This document shows, one piece after another, positions 62,431 through 64,000 of a stretch of 64,000 nt of DNA; the first letter of the stretch is position 1; the number at the start of each line of letters is the position of its first letter. Made by a program: the position numbers and the translations under genes. Below the pieces are notes generated by a model. That model was not told where the DNA came from, made no database searches, and saw nothing but the letters and a program-made list of their open reading frames with translations. The stretch is from Cyanophora paradoxa CCMP329 (lineage: Eukaryota; Plantae; Glaucophyta): the NCBI GenBank assembly GCA_004431415.1, contig QPMI01000129.1:124001-188000 (forward strand). Direction: 5' to 3'.

Positions 62431-62633
62431 AGGTCTCGCGCCAGCCGCGCAGCGACGCGGCCCTCGACCCGCGTCAAAAACCCGTAGCTCCCGTCAGCCA
62501 GTCAGCGCACTCTGTACACCGCAACGTACCAGTAATCTGCCTCTGGGAGAGCAGCTTGGTCGGGCTAAGCGTGATGCAGCGATTGTGCGCCGGACAACGA
62601 GCCCGACTAGCCGGACAACGCAATTGCAAGAAC

Positions 62634-63492
62634 ATGGCAGGCGCGGGTGAATCGCTGATTGCTCGCGCGACGCGTGCGCGGGGCTCTGGGCGGAGGAGCA
62701 TGTAAACTGGCCGGATTCGACCCCTCGTCCCGGACTGCAGTCGTGTACGCTGGTTGGGGGGCCTGGGGCCAGAGGGCGCTGCTGCCGCGGCCGTTCGCAG
62801 ATGCGCGCACCTTCGTTCGCAAATGCACGCGCCTTCGCTCGCAAGTGTACGTTCTTCGTTCGCCGATCACACTGGGGTCTGTGTACCCCCTTCTGGTCAA
62901 AAGGCGCCGTCCCCGCTCCATAGCGACCGCGGTCAGGTGTCGCCGTCGGTTCCGAGCCGCCGTTCCGCGTTCGGCGGGGCCTTTTCTGACAGCGGTGACG
63001 TCGCCGCGCGCGGAGCTTTCCGGCCGCCGTCGGTGGCTGGTTAACGTTGCGGCTGTGGCCCGCGAATGATTCCTGTGGCGTTTCGGCAGCGCGGAGGCGC
63101 TTGCGTGTGCATATCCGTCGGTGTCGTTGTTTCGTACTTTTGAGCTGGTCCGGCGTTTCGAGCGCGGGTCTTATTCAGGTCAGGCGCTGCGGGCGGAGCC
63201 TCACCAGGGCGACCGCGCGCCAGTTGCTTGCGGGGGGGCACGGCGAGTGCGCCTGGGGGCCTTTCCTCGCCCCCCTCGCCCTCGTGCGCCTCTTGAGGGG
63301 TCCTCTCAGGTTCCGGCGCCGGCTGGAGGAGGCCGCCCGGCACGGAGAGTGCGAGGTCCACCTGGTCCTCGAGCACTACACCTCCAAGACGTGCGGCAAC
63401 TGCGGTCGGCTCAACGACCGGCTGCGCGGGAGCAAGACGTTCCGCTGCCCCCACTGCGGCGTCGTGATGGACCGCGACTGGAACGGGGCCAG
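62634..63492 (+). CDS. Fanzor/TnpB-like RuvC + zinc-ribbon protein (nuclease lobe only), intron-containing; possibly a pseudogene
   Basis: RuvC-I-like LAGFDPSSRT (D codon 62719); basic helical region; SLTRATARQLLAGGHG(E)FRRRLEEAAR (63-nt GTGCGC..CAG intron at 63247-63309); RuvC-II VHLVLEHYTSKTCGNCG (E 63371); FRCPHCG; RuvC-III MDRDWNGAR (D 63476). Confidence 0.85.
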
Positions 63493-63520
63493 GTGAGCCT
63501 TAGCTGCCAGGCTTAAAGGC

Positions 63521-64000
63521 CGATCGTAATTTCCCCGATCGTTACTCTAGCGATCGTAACTCGATCGTAACTCTAGCGATCGTAACTCGGGGGCTTGCCT
63601 CTAGATCTAGCCCGGGCTTTTGCCTCTAGCCATCGTAATTTTCCCGGTCGTTACTCTAGCGATCGTAACTCGATCGTAACTCTAGCGATCGTAACTCGGG
63701 GGCTTGCCTCTAGATCTAGCCCGGGCTTTTGCCTCTAGCCATCGTAATTTTCCCGGTCGTTACTCTAGCGATCGTAGCTCTAGCGATCGTAACTCGATCG
63801 TAACTCTAGCGATCGTAACTCCTCTCGCGATCGTAACTCCCGGCTTGCCTCTAGCGATCGTGACTCCTCCGGTCGTAACTCTAGCGATCGTAACTCCTCT
63901 AGCGATCGTAACTCTAGCGATCGTAACTCCTCTCGCGATCGTAACTCCCGGCTTGCCTCTAGCGATCGTGACTCCTCCGGTCGTAACTCTAGCGATCGTA
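63521..64000. repeat. Satellite array of a 15-bp unit CGATCGTAACTCTAG with 109-bp and 108-bp higher-order repeats; runs off the window end
   Basis: About 26 CGATCGTAA-type monomers. The 109-bp block starts at 63521, 63630 and 63739; the 108-bp block starts at 63810 and 63918. Confidence 0.95.

Noticed and set aside
20751-63492. Fanzor as cargo of the Helitron
   Set aside because: The Helitron closes at ~31039, more than 31 kb and many host genes away from the Fanzor-like gene.
63521-64000. CRISPR-like array beside a Cas12-related nuclease
   Set aside because: The sequences between monomers are short, derived from the repeat itself and recur identically. There are no unique spacers of regular length.
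63521-64000. Cyanobacterial HIP1 (GCGATCGC) sites or telomeric repeats
   Set aside because: The units read GCGATCGT, only a 7/8 match to HIP1, and are tandem rather than dispersed. There is no G-rich TnAGGG-type strand.

Overview
This is eukaryotic nuclear DNA: very GC-rich, gene-dense, and split by many short (about 45-100 nt) spliceosomal introns. Most entries in the six-frame ORF track are therefore shadow or read-through ORFs, and I rebuilt the genes exon by exon by eye; internal boundaries are approximate. A plant-type TOM20, a plant-like tRNA-Lys(CTT) and a plastid transit peptide starting 'MAF' point to an archaeplastid alga, most plausibly a glaucophyte such as Cyanophora (inference). 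About 20 host genes are present, including a Lys-rich amphipathic protein, a C2-like protein, a GST, organellar AspRS, TOM20, a DnaJ-like zinc-finger protein, a TraB-like protein, a PHM-like copper monooxygenase, a PHTF/7TM-channel-like protein, an ADCY10-like cyclase, DDRGK1, a SEA-TM-RING receptor-like protein and four acidic EF-hand paralogues. Four tRNA-Lys genes form an inverted repeat around one gene. A complete, apparently intact ~10.3-kb Helitron2/Helentron-type element has identifiable termini, an array of symmetric 57-nt exons and a ~1.2-kb internal fold-back. At the right end lies an intron-containing Fanzor/TnpB-like gene reduced to the RuvC nuclease lobe with all three catalytic residues; its last splice donor runs straight into a higher-order 15-bp satellite array. 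This last locus is the best candidate for an undescribed system.
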